Source: a virus. Taken from it: a DNA stretch of 64,000 bases. The notes under the pieces were generated by a model. The model was not told where the DNA came from and did no database searches. It saw only the letters and a list, made by a program, of their open reading frames with translations. The position numbers were made by a program, and so were the translations under genes. The stretch lies in the IMG/VR virus record IMGVR_UViG_3300025751_000003. The stretch is one strand, 5' to 3'. This document shows positions 1 through 9,027 of the stretch, in pieces (position 1 is the stretch's first letter; each line of letters begins with the position of its first letter).

Positions 1-1
1 G

Positions 2-1027
2 AATGTTGGGGTTGGCAGTGGAGTTTCAGCAATTGGAGGAAATTATGGAACTCTTAGCATTCGCGGTAAAACCAACGATTTTGGCGGCGGCATTATTTTT
101 GAATCGCTTGATGGCACTGATCGCACGCTTGCGTACGGTGATGTTGGAGCGTTTCACTTAATCACTCAAGATACTCGCCCCTTAGTTCTTGGGACAAATG
201 CTACCGAAAAACTCCGCATCACATCGGACGGGAAACTAGGTCTGGGGACTAGTAGCCCTACTGTGCCCTTAACAATAGCTTATAGCGGCGCGGAAGCACA
301 GTTACAGATAAACAATTCTGGTAACAACAGGATGGTTTATCTGGGAGCTTACAGTGCAAACGAAGGTATTCTTCGGCTTTTCAATAGCTCGGACGTAGAG
401 ACAGTTCGCATACCCGCTGAAAGCACCGCAGGCGTTCACACATTCTTCAATGCAGGCAACGTAGGGATTGGCACTACGAGTCCTGCCACAGATGTACTTC
501 TGACTGTAGGTGGAAATGACACGAATAGCGGAATAATGCTGGATCGAAGCGCAGGTGACAACTGCGCGATTCACAATGTTGGCGGCACGCTTGTATTCAA
601 GAACGGCAGCAGTTCTACAGTCAGCGGATTAACAGAACGCGCCCGCATTGACAGCTCCGGCAGGTTGTTAGTTGGCACGACTACGAGCACTAACAATCCC
701 CGTCTTGGCGTTGCAGGCAGCACTCACATTGGTGCTGGAGACAATACCGTGTCCTTAGCTGACGGCGCTACAGGCACAGTTATTACTCCTGCTCGTGGCT
801 ATTCTTACATTAACGTCAGTCATGGCAATACTGCTTCAGATGGTTTGCTACTTCTTGTATTTGCTAATACAACAACTCTTACCATTGTCAGTACAGTGCA
901 CAGCAATGCGGGTACTCGCTACAGCGTCTCAGCTTCCGGTAGAGACCTGCAAGTAACCAATGCTCTTGGCATTACGGCCTCGTTCTATGCGTCGTGCTTG
1001 ACGCTTGCTCATGCAAACAATGGTTAG
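2..1027 (+). CDS. tail fibre-like protein, 5' end outside window
   Basis: Frame 2 is open from nt 2. The translation (NVGVGSG..KLGLGTSSPT..NVGIGTTSPA..RIDSSGRLLVGTTTS) shows Gly/Ser/Thr-rich fibre repeats. The track entry 263..1027 is only the part after an internal GTG. Confidence 0.7.
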   Translation, partial: NVGVGSGVSAIGGNYGTLSIRGKTNDFGGGIIFESLDGTDRTLAYGDVGAFHLITQDTRPLVLGTNATEKLRITSDGKLGLGTSSPTVPLTIAYSGAEAQLQINNSGNNRMVYLGAYSANEGILRLFNSSDVETVRIPAESTAGVHTFFNAGNVGIGTTSPATDVLLTVGGNDTNSGIMLDRSAGDNCAIHNVGGTLVFKNGSSSTVSGLTERARIDSSGRLLVGTTTSTNNPRLGVAGSTHIGAGDNTVSLADGATGTVITPARGYSYINVSHGNTASDGLLLLVFANTTTLTIVSTVHSNAGTRYSVSASGRDLQVTNALGITASFYASCLTLAHANNG

Positions 1028-1050
1028 ACCTCTTAGCCCTGCCCTCTAAA

Positions 1051-1209
1051 ATGACTCAAAAAGATTACAAACTTGAGCTGCTTGCAGCCATCGAAAACAA
1101 CAGGGACAAAGACGCCCTGACTGTGACACGCGAGTTTATGGCTCAAAAAGCCCTAGATGATCTTTACCAGAACAATGCAGAAGGCATGAAGCGTCTTGCT
1201 GACTCGTAG
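1051..1209 (+). CDS. hypothetical small protein
   Basis: ATG at 1051 lies in frame with track ORF 994..1209 (MTQKDYKLELLAAIENN...). No recognisable motif. Confidence 0.4.
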   Translation: MTQKDYKLELLAAIENNRDKDALTVTREFMAQKALDDLYQNNAEGMKRLADS

Positions 1210-1276
1210 TCCTACTCACTAACAGGGTGGGTGACCGACCCGTAACTGGTCACAAAACCTTTACCAACACTGACCG

Positions 1277-1543
1277 ATGGATTACACGATCACCATTCCT
1301 GACGAACTAACCCCTGGCATCGTCGCAACTGCTTCTTTGGAGGGTAAGAGCCCTGAAGAAGTAGTAGGCAGTTATGCCACCAGTATGGCCACTAAGGTGT
1401 GCCAAGACCTCAAAGTTGGACCGTATTACGTTGGTCCGACACCGCCTCAGTTCAACCCTGATGGCACCCCATACGATCCCAACTGGCAACCTCCCGTTGT
1501 AGACAGTGGCGACACTACTGAGCCCGATGGAGGTGATGTATGA
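1277..1543 (+). CDS. hypothetical protein
   Basis: 88-aa ORF whose stop overlaps the next start (ATGA at 1540). Pro-rich C-terminus. Confidence 0.5.
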   Translation: MDYTITIPDELTPGIVATASLEGKSPEEVVGSYATSMATKVCQDLKVGPYYVGPTPPQFNPDGTPYDPNWQPPVVDSGDTTEPDGGDV

Positions 1544-2310
1544 CGCTTGTTTGGCGGCCAGGGTTTCAGTTTGATGCTGATGCCTCCACTTACATCGAAG
1601 CGGTGGAGGCTGCTGACACACAGACATTGGAAACTGGTGTCCGCTACGCCATCAATGACTTTGTGATTGGCTGCAAGAATGATGGAATTTGGGATGCGAT
1701 TAAGGCTAGTTGCATTCTTGCGGGTGCTAGGACGCTGAGTGGGGCGTTGGTTCCGTTGGTTGGGACTGCTCCCACGAACTACAACTTTGTATCTGGAGAC
1801 TATAACCGCGAGACTGGACTTGTTGGTGATGGAAGCACGAAGTATTTAGATAGCAACCGAAATAACAATGCTGACCCTCAGAACAGCAAGCACCTGTCGA
1901 TTTACGCTACTGTTGTTTCAAGCATTGGCAATGCGTGTTACATAGGGTTGCCTGCGGCCTCTGGTTCTTCTCATTTAAGTCCCATTGTTGGTAATGTAGG
2001 TTTATTAGGCGGCCGGTTAAATTCAACAGTAGGCGTTCCAACTACTGCGGCCAACGTTGCTGGCCTTCTCGGTTTTAATCGCAGCACTTCAACAAGCTTT
2101 GTTGCAAGAGGAGGGATGACCACAACTGCCGAGATTTTAAACGGCAGTGCAGCTCCAGCAAATGGCAACATTTTGTGTTTTGATGGATTACCAGGAACTA
2201 AAAGTGACGCCCGCCTCGCCTTCTACTCCATAGGCGAATCTCTAGACCTCGCCGCCCTTGACACCCGCGTGTCAGCTTTAATCACCGCTATCGGAGCAGC
2301 TATACCATGA
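1540..2310 (+). CDS. fibre-associated LamG/concanavalin-like protein (putative)
   Basis: The N-terminus (DADASTYIEAVEAADTQTLETGVRYAINDFVIGCKNDGIWDAIKASCILAGARTLSGALVPLVG) resembles conserved phage fibre-accessory proteins. It is translationally coupled to its neighbours. Confidence 0.55.
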   Translation: MTLVWRPGFQFDADASTYIEAVEAADTQTLETGVRYAINDFVIGCKNDGIWDAIKASCILAGARTLSGALVPLVGTAPTNYNFVSGDYNRETGLVGDGSTKYLDSNRNNNADPQNSKHLSIYATVVSSIGNACYIGLPAASGSSHLSPIVGNVGLLGGRLNSTVGVPTTAANVAGLLGFNRSTSTSFVARGGMTTTAEILNGSAAPANGNILCFDGLPGTKSDARLAFYSIGESLDLAALDTRVSALITAIGAAIP

Positions 2311-2930
2311 CCTACATACTGAGTCCTACCGAGCGAGAGTACATTGCCTCGCTTCCGTTTAGGCGAAAGCAAAATGCAAAAGAATGGACGGCCAGTCAAG
2401 CGTTTCCCTGCCCAATGTTGGCACAATGCAGCAAATGCAAAGAGTACATGCCGATTACCAGCTTTTACCCAATCAAAACAAACAAGAGCGGGCGAATTGA
2501 CGTGACTGGCGGACTGCGCATGTATCACTGTGGTACTTGCAGCATGGGCGATTACTTTGCGACCAGCCAAGAAAAGAAGCTTTACTACGCTGCGAAACAA
2601 CGCGCAAAGCTTATTGGCGTTGACTTCAATATCGAGCTTTCAGACATCGTTATTCCCAAATACTGCCCAGTGCTAGGAATCGAGCTGAAGCCAGTAATCG
2701 GCAAAGGTCCGCAAGGTTATACAGCCAAAGGCAATTCACCCACCATTGATCGCTTCGATAACAATCAAGGGTACGTTAAAGGTAACATTGCTATTATTTC
2801 TTACAGGGCTAACGCACTCAAAGGCAACGCCACCTTGGAGGAGATGCAGGCAATCACAAATTACATGGCTAATGGTTGCCCGCCATCGGCGGAAAATTCC
2901 AACACTACTGCTGCTGGGGAGGTGAACTAA
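2307..2930 (+). CDS. HNH-type homing-endonuclease-like protein
   Basis: N-terminal Cys ribbon (CSKCKEY...CGTC) and a C-terminal SPTIDRFDNNQGYVKGNIAIISYRANALKGN motif. It is a paralogue of 28020..28541. Confidence 0.65.
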   Translation: MTYILSPTEREYIASLPFRRKQNAKEWTASQAFPCPMLAQCSKCKEYMPITSFYPIKTNKSGRIDVTGGLRMYHCGTCSMGDYFATSQEKKLYYAAKQRAKLIGVDFNIELSDIVIPKYCPVLGIELKPVIGKGPQGYTAKGNSPTIDRFDNNQGYVKGNIAIISYRANALKGNATLEEMQAITNYMANGCPPSAENSNTTAAGEVN

Positions 2931-3664
2931 TGCCTATCTATGTTCCTGGGAAGCTCACCCTCCGCAAAGAATTTGTGTGGAACGAAAGCGTCTGGAATCC
3001 CAGCATGATCCAGACGGCGCTGTGGTTGGATGCTGCTGATACAGGCACGATTACTGAGAGTGGTGGTGCTGTTAGCCAGTGGAATGACAAAAGCGGCAAT
3101 GGTAGAAATTTCACGCAATCAACAGCTATTTTGCAACCCATTTACAGCAACGCAGGCTTAAATGGGCTACCGGCTATTAGCTTTGTTTCTCAATACTTGA
3201 TATTCAGCCCTTTTGAGTCCGTCATAAATAACTCAGCATTCAGCATATTTTTTGCAGGAAGTGGCGAATTATTTTCGGGATCAACTGCGGCGGTCCCCAG
3301 GTTTTATTTTAGCAGTACTAACATTGCATACAATGCAAACAACATTGCTCCTTGGCCCTCAAACACTTCATCAAGAATAGCTGAATGGTCTTTTGACGGC
3401 ATCAACCAGCATCAAGTGTTTATTGATGGGAGCAGTGTCGCAACAGCTACGCAAGCGGTCACGACAGGATTTGTAACTACTTATCAGATAGGTCGGGCGG
3501 GAAATGATGACTCGAACGGCTTTTTTGCCGAATACGTTTTTGTCCCTGGAGCTATTTCTACTGACATTCGTCAAAAAATCGAAGGCTATCTAGCCCACAA
3601 ATGGGGACTCACTGCCAACCTCCCCAGCGACCATCCATACAAGCTCGTGGGACCGACGCCATGA
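2930..3664 (+). CDS. LamG (laminin G / concanavalin A-like) domain protein
   Basis: WLDAADTGTI..VSQWNDKSGNGRNFTQ and the C-terminal KIEGYLAHKWGL..LPSDHPYK are typical LamG_3 phage proteins. ATG at 2930 overlaps the upstream TAA. Confidence 0.7.
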   Translation: MPIYVPGKLTLRKEFVWNESVWNPSMIQTALWLDAADTGTITESGGAVSQWNDKSGNGRNFTQSTAILQPIYSNAGLNGLPAISFVSQYLIFSPFESVINNSAFSIFFAGSGELFSGSTAAVPRFYFSSTNIAYNANNIAPWPSNTSSRIAEWSFDGINQHQVFIDGSSVATATQAVTTGFVTTYQIGRAGNDDSNGFFAEYVFVPGAISTDIRQKIEGYLAHKWGLTANLPSDHPYKLVGPTP

Positions 3665-3722
3665 CCTACACAAACCCAGCAGTGGAAGACACTGCCACTA
3701 CGAGCCCTACGGAGGTGTTGCG

Positions 3723-4751
3723 ATGAGCTGGATTATTACGGGAACCGGAACTGGAGACGACTTGCTTTACTCGCAAGCAGGCACTCCTTCTCTTGATTTG
3801 AGGTTTGCTTCAACCAAGTCCCTCACAGATTACATTAGTGGGTCCAGTTTGATAAGTTTTACTCGCGCCAGTAGTGCGACATACGTGGGAAGTGATGGGC
3901 TAATCAAGACCGCGACGACGAACGAAGCACGATTCGACCACAACCCCACGACTGGCGAAAGCCTTGGCCTGTTGATGGAGCAGCAGCGTACTAATTTACT
4001 TCTAAACAGCACCACACTTACCACCCAGAACGTCACCGTTACTGCTGTTACGCACACACTGAGTTTCTACGGCACCGGCACAGTTTCTTTGAGCGGCGCA
4101 CATTCAGCAACGGTGGTCGGCACTGGCGTCTATCCAGCACGTTCAACATTGATATTCACGCCAACGGCAGGTACATTAACTGTCACTGTAAATGGAACTG
4201 TTGAATACGCAAACCTAGAGATCGGCGGTTTTGCGACTTCATGGATATTTACCGGAGGTTCTACCGCTACACGTAATGCAGATGCAGCTAGCATTAGCGG
4301 CAGCAACTTATCTTCTTGGTATCTACAAAGAGAAGGGTCAATCTTTACTGAAATTACAAGCTATCCTCATCCGGTTGCAGGAAAAGCACTTGTTCCGCTT
4401 GCTTTTAGTGATAACAGCTACAACAACAGGATATCCCTTGCGGGGTCTACAGGTAGTACACAATTCAACTTTGATGTAGTACCTGCCACAGTCCTGCAAA
4501 GGGCTATTCTTGGCAACTTTACAAGTGACGGCATTAAATGCGCTGGTGGCTATAAGTCTACTGGATCAGCAGGTTCTTTAAATGGTGCTGCTGCAGTGAG
4601 TTCAAATACTCCAAACATTCCACTATCCATTAGCCAATTAGATATCGCTAATAGCCACGATGGTATACAACCACTAGACGGCCATGTCAAACGGTTGACT
4701 TACTGGCCACAGCGCTTATCTGATTCAACCATTCAGACCATAACGCAGTAA
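3723..4751 (+). CDS. fibre / host-range-like structural protein
   Basis: LDLRFASTKSL..ISFTRASSATYVGSDGLIKTATTNEARFDHNPTTGESLGLLMEQQRTNLLLNS is a conserved N-terminal signature of phage fibre-like glucanase-fold proteins. Confidence 0.55.
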   Translation: MSWIITGTGTGDDLLYSQAGTPSLDLRFASTKSLTDYISGSSLISFTRASSATYVGSDGLIKTATTNEARFDHNPTTGESLGLLMEQQRTNLLLNSTTLTTQNVTVTAVTHTLSFYGTGTVSLSGAHSATVVGTGVYPARSTLIFTPTAGTLTVTVNGTVEYANLEIGGFATSWIFTGGSTATRNADAASISGSNLSSWYLQREGSIFTEITSYPHPVAGKALVPLAFSDNSYNNRISLAGSTGSTQFNFDVVPATVLQRAILGNFTSDGIKCAGGYKSTGSAGSLNGAAAVSSNTPNIPLSISQLDIANSHDGIQPLDGHVKRLTYWPQRLSDSTIQTITQ

Positions 4752-4850
4752 TGCGCATTTTGAACACCGCCCTCGTAGTGTCCCCGTCTAGTGGGATCAG
4801 CTTGATGCAGCTATGATGCAGACAGCTTTGCCCTTCCCATAGACGCCCTT

Positions 4851-5087
4851 ATGGACGATCAGTGGCGCCAACAACATATTGATGCTATCTCCGACAGCCT
4901 CCATGAGTTCATTAACGATGGCGGAGCGGAGGCTGCGCATGAGGCAGTTTGTGACGCCATAATGTCTTGGATTGATTACCACCAGAAAGAGCTGAACGAA
5001 TGGCGCTATTTGGCGGCACGTCTAAACCTTCCTTTACCCAACGCCTCTATAACTTCTTCCGAGGAGAGCAGCAAACCAAAGCCCTAG
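4851..5087 (+). CDS. hypothetical protein
   Basis: 78-aa ORF that overlaps the next ORF by 88 nt in another frame. Confidence 0.4.
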   Translation: MDDQWRQQHIDAISDSLHEFINDGGAEAAHEAVCDAIMSWIDYHQKELNEWRYLAARLNLPLPNASITSSEESSKPKP

Positions 5088-5374
5088 AAGAGCTGCGTCA
5101 ATCAGTCAAGGAGCGCACCAAGCAACTGGCGATTGATGATTATGAATGGTGGAATGCGTTGCCTTATGAGGAACGCCTACGGGCGTTCCGTAGCGTGTGT
5201 CGGCGCATCCATCAAGGGGATGTAATTGAACATGGATCCTATCGCCATGTTCTTTATGAAGTGTTTGGTTTTAATGGTGATGCTTATGTAGATGGAATGG
5301 ACTGCGGCTACATGGACATTCACAATCTCATCGCGAGGGGGTTTGAGGAGGCTCCCCATCGAGAGTCCACGTAA
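5000..5374 (+). CDS. hypothetical protein
   Basis: 124-aa ORF with protein-like composition. It is convergent with the lysis cassette and overlaps it. Confidence 0.45.
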   Translation: MALFGGTSKPSFTQRLYNFFRGEQQTKALEELRQSVKERTKQLAIDDYEWWNALPYEERLRAFRSVCRRIHQGDVIEHGSYRHVLYEVFGFNGDAYVDGMDCGYMDIHNLIARGFEEAPHREST

Positions 5375-5744
5375 TCCTCATCTCACCACCCAATGCCTTC
5401 ACAGCGTCACTTGCATGATCAGGAGCCTTGTGCTCGATCATCACCGATGGCACCACTGCGTTGGGTAGTGGCGTTATTTTTGCTTCTGGGAACAGCTCTT
5501 GCGCTTTCGTGGCCAACTTCTCGGAAACGTCAGTACGATGTTCCGCCTCCCATTGTTCCACCAAAACCTTCGCTTGTTTATCAACGGCATCTAGTGTGTT
5601 GGCCGTCTTCCATTCCACCCAGTCAGGGCGGCACCAGTCCATTAGACGTTTAAGGAAAGGATTGGTTGCCAAAGAAGGAAGAAGCTGGACCAGAAGAAGG
5701 CCCAGCTCATAAACAAGAGCGTTTAGCCAGCTCTCAAAAGTCAT
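5328..5744 (-). CDS. hypothetical protein, last gene of lysis cassette
   Basis: Hydrophobic N-terminus (LNALVYELGLLLVQLLPSL). The start overlaps the endolysin stop. Confidence 0.5.
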   Translation of the reverse strand: MTFESWLNALVYELGLLLVQLLPSLATNPFLKRLMDWCRPDWVEWKTANTLDAVDKQAKVLVEQWEAEHRTDVSEKLATKAQELFPEAKITPLPNAVVPSVMIEHKAPDHASDAVKALGGEMRITWTLDGEPPQTPSR

Positions 5745-6688
5745 CTTTCTTGGTAGACGCTAATGAAGATGCTGCCGCTCTTCAGGAGCGGCATCACGAA
5801 ATCACGCAGATGGGCATTGTGCATGCGAACGCAACCATGCGTAGCCAGAAGGGGCTGCATGGGCGCCCAAGCGCCTGGCCAGCCATTGCCACTGCCACCG
5901 CCATGCAGCATGATTCCTGCCCGTCTATTGTTGCGCTCCTGGCCTTCTAGATCGATCATGTCGAGGCTGTACCAGCCATAGGCCATGAGTATGCGATTAA
6001 AGGCAGGCTTGTCACCATTGATTTCGTAATCACGGTAGACAGTGCCCACTTTGTAGAGACCAGGGGGCGTGTCAGTATTGCGCAGCTTCCATTCATAGTC
6101 ACTAGCTTGACCTCGCGCCAGTGCAGGAAGCTCCCACAAGAGCTTCCCTTCGGAATTGAAACACTTGGCCGTTTCTACAACGTCATTGACGACGATGTGA
6201 TGATCACCAGGCTTGAAGCCAAATTCACGGACAGACTTCTTGGGACTAATCATGGGAGACGTGCGAGTTGATTCAGGAGCGTATTCCTTCATCAGTCGCG
6301 ATAATTTAGCAGGATAATCTGGATCCGTAGCATACGACTGCTCTTTAAGCATTCGTGCTGCGGTGTAACGATTAGGGGCGCCATTGACGCCCTTAAAATG
6401 CCGATAATCTTTGTACCAGCGCGTGACAAGATATTCAATGCATGCGGCAAGGCTAGGAAAATCAATAAATCCCGCCTTGATCGTCACCCATTGACCGTCG
6501 TACCATTCCTGAGTGGTAGTGCTAGTCCCACTTCCTTTCAGACCTAGGTAGTTATGTTTGCCCGAAGTGTGCTTGCCAAATCCGCTCTCTAGACAACATT
6601 GAGCTGCCGCGAGTTCAGGATATTTTGCGCCACACTTACGAGCAATCTGGAAGCATTCGTCCCAGAATGCTCGATTACTGGGCCACAT
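5741..6688 (-). CDS. endolysin: N-terminal glucosaminidase (FlgJ/LytD-like) + C-terminal YkuD-type L,D-transpeptidase fold
   Basis: AAAQCCLESGFGKHTSGKHNYLGLKG is a glucosaminidase motif. IMLHGGGSGNGW...ATHGCVRMHNAHL matches the YkuD H..(S/T)HGC(V/I)R motif. Confidence 0.8.
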   Translation of the reverse strand: MWPSNRAFWDECFQIARKCGAKYPELAAAQCCLESGFGKHTSGKHNYLGLKGSGTSTTTQEWYDGQWVTIKAGFIDFPSLAACIEYLVTRWYKDYRHFKGVNGAPNRYTAARMLKEQSYATDPDYPAKLSRLMKEYAPESTRTSPMISPKKSVREFGFKPGDHHIVVNDVVETAKCFNSEGKLLWELPALARGQASDYEWKLRNTDTPPGLYKVGTVYRDYEINGDKPAFNRILMAYGWYSLDMIDLEGQERNNRRAGIMLHGGGSGNGWPGAWAPMQPLLATHGCVRMHNAHLRDFVMPLLKSGSIFISVYQER

Positions 6689-6692
6689 GGCC

Positions 6693-6836
6693 TCAGCCCT
6701 TAACGCGGAACACTGCCTTCAGACCTGTCATAACAAGCTGAAGCATGTTGTTCTCCTTGTAGGGAGTCTTTTCAATAATTTGGTCAATAGCAGCGACGAT
6801 AATGCCACCGATGACGAACCACTCAATACCTGCCAT
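6693..6836 (-). CDS. small TM protein, holin candidate
   Basis: 47-aa ORF below the track cutoff (MAGIEWFVIGGIIVAAIDQIIEK...), lying immediately upstream of the endolysin. Confidence 0.45.
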   Translation of the reverse strand: MAGIEWFVIGGIIVAAIDQIIEKTPYKENNMLQLVMTGLKAVFRVKG

Positions 6837-6865
6837 TGAAATTCTCCGAGAGAGTTTGCTTTAGC

Positions 6866-7066
6866 CTAGCGACGAATTTCTAAGCTTCTCACCCGTGCTT
6901 CTAGCTGTTGCACGTTAGCAGTGAGAGTGTCAAGATTTTTTGTTATCGCTTCGACTTGCGTTGTAATGCGAATTTGTTGATTACCTACGGCAATCATCAT
7001 CCCGCCAGATGCTAATAGCATGCCAGCGGTGACTGTCGCCACAAAGTTTGCCAAGCCTTCTTTCAC
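6866..7066 (-). CDS. TM + coiled-coil protein (holin/spanin-like)
   Basis: TM segment FVATVTAGMLLASGGMMIAV followed by the heptad-like ITKNLDTLTANVQQLEARVRSLE. It is the first gene of the minus-strand lysis block. Confidence 0.5.
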   Translation of the reverse strand: MKEGLANFVATVTAGMLLASGGMMIAVGNQQIRITTQVEAITKNLDTLTANVQQLEARVRSLEIRR

Positions 7067-7158
7067 TGCTCGCTTTGCGGCATTTTTCTAAATCATAGCA
7101 TTGTCTCAGTGTTCAAATTCAGACGATAGATTAGTGTCAGCCAACTGAAGATAACGTC

Positions 7159-7665
7159 ATGTTTGTGGCGTATGAGCCCGATGATTACATCACTGGCCTC
7201 ATTGAATTACGTAAGTCGGACGCCACACGACGCTTCAGGAAATCTATCTTCGACGACTACCCGCTTCGCGGCCCGCTAGGGCAGTCCGCGTGCGCTTATT
7301 GCGGGCGATGGAATGAGAAACTAACCATCGACCACATCGTTCCTAAAAGCAAGGGCGGCCCTCACTTCGCACGTTGGAACATGGTGCCCGCCTGCAAACG
7401 GTGCAACTTGGCCAAGACTGATCTGCCAGTGTTTGAGTGGTGGCGGCCCACTGATCAGTGGTCGCGGCAGCGAGAGGAAGTGCTGATGGCTTGGACCTAT
7501 GCCAATAGCTTCATCGATGCCCACACTGACAGTGATGAATATTGGCGCTTCCTGGCTGAGAAGCGGGTGGTGCAGAAGGAAATAATGCGTCGCATAAGAA
7601 AAGGGCCATTTCGTGGCCCTTTTTCTTTAGCCGATTTGGGAGACGTTGGCTGGGCTGTTGCTTAG
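7159..7665 (+). CDS. HNH endonuclease
   Basis: CAYCGRWNEKLTIDHIVPKSKGGPH...NMVPACKRCNLAKTD is a classic HNH motif. Confidence 0.8.
   Translation: MFVAYEPDDYITGLIELRKSDATRRFRKSIFDDYPLRGPLGQSACAYCGRWNEKLTIDHIVPKSKGGPHFARWNMVPACKRCNLAKTDLPVFEWWRPTDQWSRQREEVLMAWTYANSFIDAHTDSDEYWRFLAEKRVVQKEIMRRIRKGPFRGPFSLADLGDVGWAVA
7598..7625. terminator. bidirectional hairpin at a convergence point
   Basis: GAAAAGGGCCA-tttcg-TGGCCCTTTTC, with A-run and T-run flanks, sits inside the 3' end of the HNH ORF. Confidence 0.6.
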
Positions 7666-7798
7666 TCGTAGCAATTGGATTTTGCGTTCTTCGACAAGGT
7701 GTGCGGAGGATACGCAACTTTTTAAGCCAAGCGATGGGAAGCTCACCTCGTACACCTCTTGGTCGTGGCAATCCACGTAGAAGCGCACCTCAGCGTCA

Positions 7799-8035
7799 TC
7801 AGGCGACATATTGAATAGCCTCCAGCGCTACGTCTATTTCCCTGGTCTGACGCTCTGGCCAGTCGCGGGTTTCCTTCAAGCCTTTTACAAGGTCATCGAG
7901 AAACGCCTTGGCACCGCTGTCCTTACCATCGTCACATAGATACTCTGAGATGGTGTCCAGGAGGCGTTCGTAGCGTTGCGTGCGCCATTGGGATTGCCAA
8001 TCGGCTTCAATGGCGGGGGTGGTTTCAGTCGTCAT
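7799..8035 (-). CDS. hypothetical protein
   Basis: Track ORF 7799..8110. The internal Met at 8035 gives only an 11-nt overlap with the upstream gene. Confidence 0.45.
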   Translation of the reverse strand: MTTETTPAIEADWQSQWRTQRYERLLDTISEYLCDDGKDSGAKAFLDDLVKGLKETRDWPERQTREIDVALEAIQYVA

Positions 8036-8330
8036 AGCGGACGTTAGGAGCAGAGGGACCGAGGGCATCGCACACTTCTTGGATGGCGGCACGTCTGTGG
8101 GCGTCGTCATGTTCCACGAGATGATTGAGATACCACTGGGCTTTACGAAGATCTTCTTGACCGCCCTTGCGGAGTTCGCGCCACACGTATTTTGCGATGT
8201 TCCCTTTTAGGAAGCCACGAAATTCGTCTGTCGTGAGCTGAGCCTCAATGGCTTCAATGCATTCAATGCTCCCCTCTGCCGTGTAATGGCCAGGGGAATT
8301 GACCATGTCGGGCTTAGAAGGAGGAGTCAT
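8025..8330 (-). CDS. DUF3310-family protein
   Basis: VNSPGHYTAEGSIECIEAIEAQLT..FRGFLKGNIAKYVWR...DLRKAQWYL is the DUF3310 signature. Confidence 0.7.
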   Translation of the reverse strand: MTPPSKPDMVNSPGHYTAEGSIECIEAIEAQLTTDEFRGFLKGNIAKYVWRELRKGGQEDLRKAQWYLNHLVEHDDAHRRAAIQEVCDALGPSAPNVRYDD

Positions 8331-9027
8331 TAGCTTTGAAGGCTGCGAAGGCTTCGCTAACGATAGGCTCGGCTAGCTCAGCAAGAACGTCGGCATAGGC
8401 ACGGATTTCCCATTGTGCGTCGGAAGGCTGACGCAAGCTCAGGAAATGCAGGAGAGCCTGAAGGCTGCAGGTCCAGACAAAGCTTGTGTAGTGGCACGTC
8501 GGCAGAATGCCGCGTGCCTGCTCCTTACTCACCCCAACAGCTAACAGGGTCGAATAGGCCTGTTGGATCACCTGCAAGGCCTCTGCATATTTAATTTCAG
8601 CCACTCGTGCGCTGCCTTCATCGAGCGGGCCATCAGAGGCTTGTTTGTTGCTGGCACTCTGCTTCCTAAATTCTTTTGGAAAATAAAACTCTTCGCTATC
8701 AGCAGGGCAGTAGCGGAAGCTCTTTTCATTCCAGCCAAGCTGGTCATTGGCAAACGTGCCGCCAATCACATGCTTCCACCATTGTCTTGCGACGAATAGC
8801 GGAGCCTTCACTTGCCATTTGAAGACTACGCCACGGAACGGGCTGGTGTGTCGATGGGCGACCAAGTAATTGAGAAGCTTCTGCTCTCTTGGTCCAAAGT
8901 CTGGACTTTCAAGGTCAAAGCTTTGCCTCGCATCGCAAACAATGTCCATTGAGCTTCCCATCCAGTCGAGAAGCCGAACACTGCTAATACCGTCACCGAG
9001 GGGATCATGGATGGTGAAATCAGTCAT
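8314..9027 (-). CDS. thyX: FAD-dependent thymidylate synthase ThyX
   Basis: HRHTSPFRGVVFKWQVKAPLFVARQWWKH and NEKSFRY match ThyX core motifs. The length, 237 aa, also fits. Confidence 0.8.
   Translation of the reverse strand: MTDFTIHDPLGDGISSVRLLDWMGSSMDIVCDARQSFDLESPDFGPREQKLLNYLVAHRHTSPFRGVVFKWQVKAPLFVARQWWKHVIGGTFANDQLGWNEKSFRYCPADSEEFYFPKEFRKQSASNKQASDGPLDEGSARVAEIKYAEALQVIQQAYSTLLAVGVSKEQARGILPTCHYTSFVWTCSLQALLHFLSLRQPSDAQWEIRAYADVLAELAEPIVSEAFAAFKANDSSF

Noticed and set aside
4851-5374. The 88-nt overlap of two plus-strand ORFs considered as a programmed frameshift.
   Set aside because: There is no slippery heptamer in the overlap, and the second ORF has its own ATG. It cannot be decided without comparative data.
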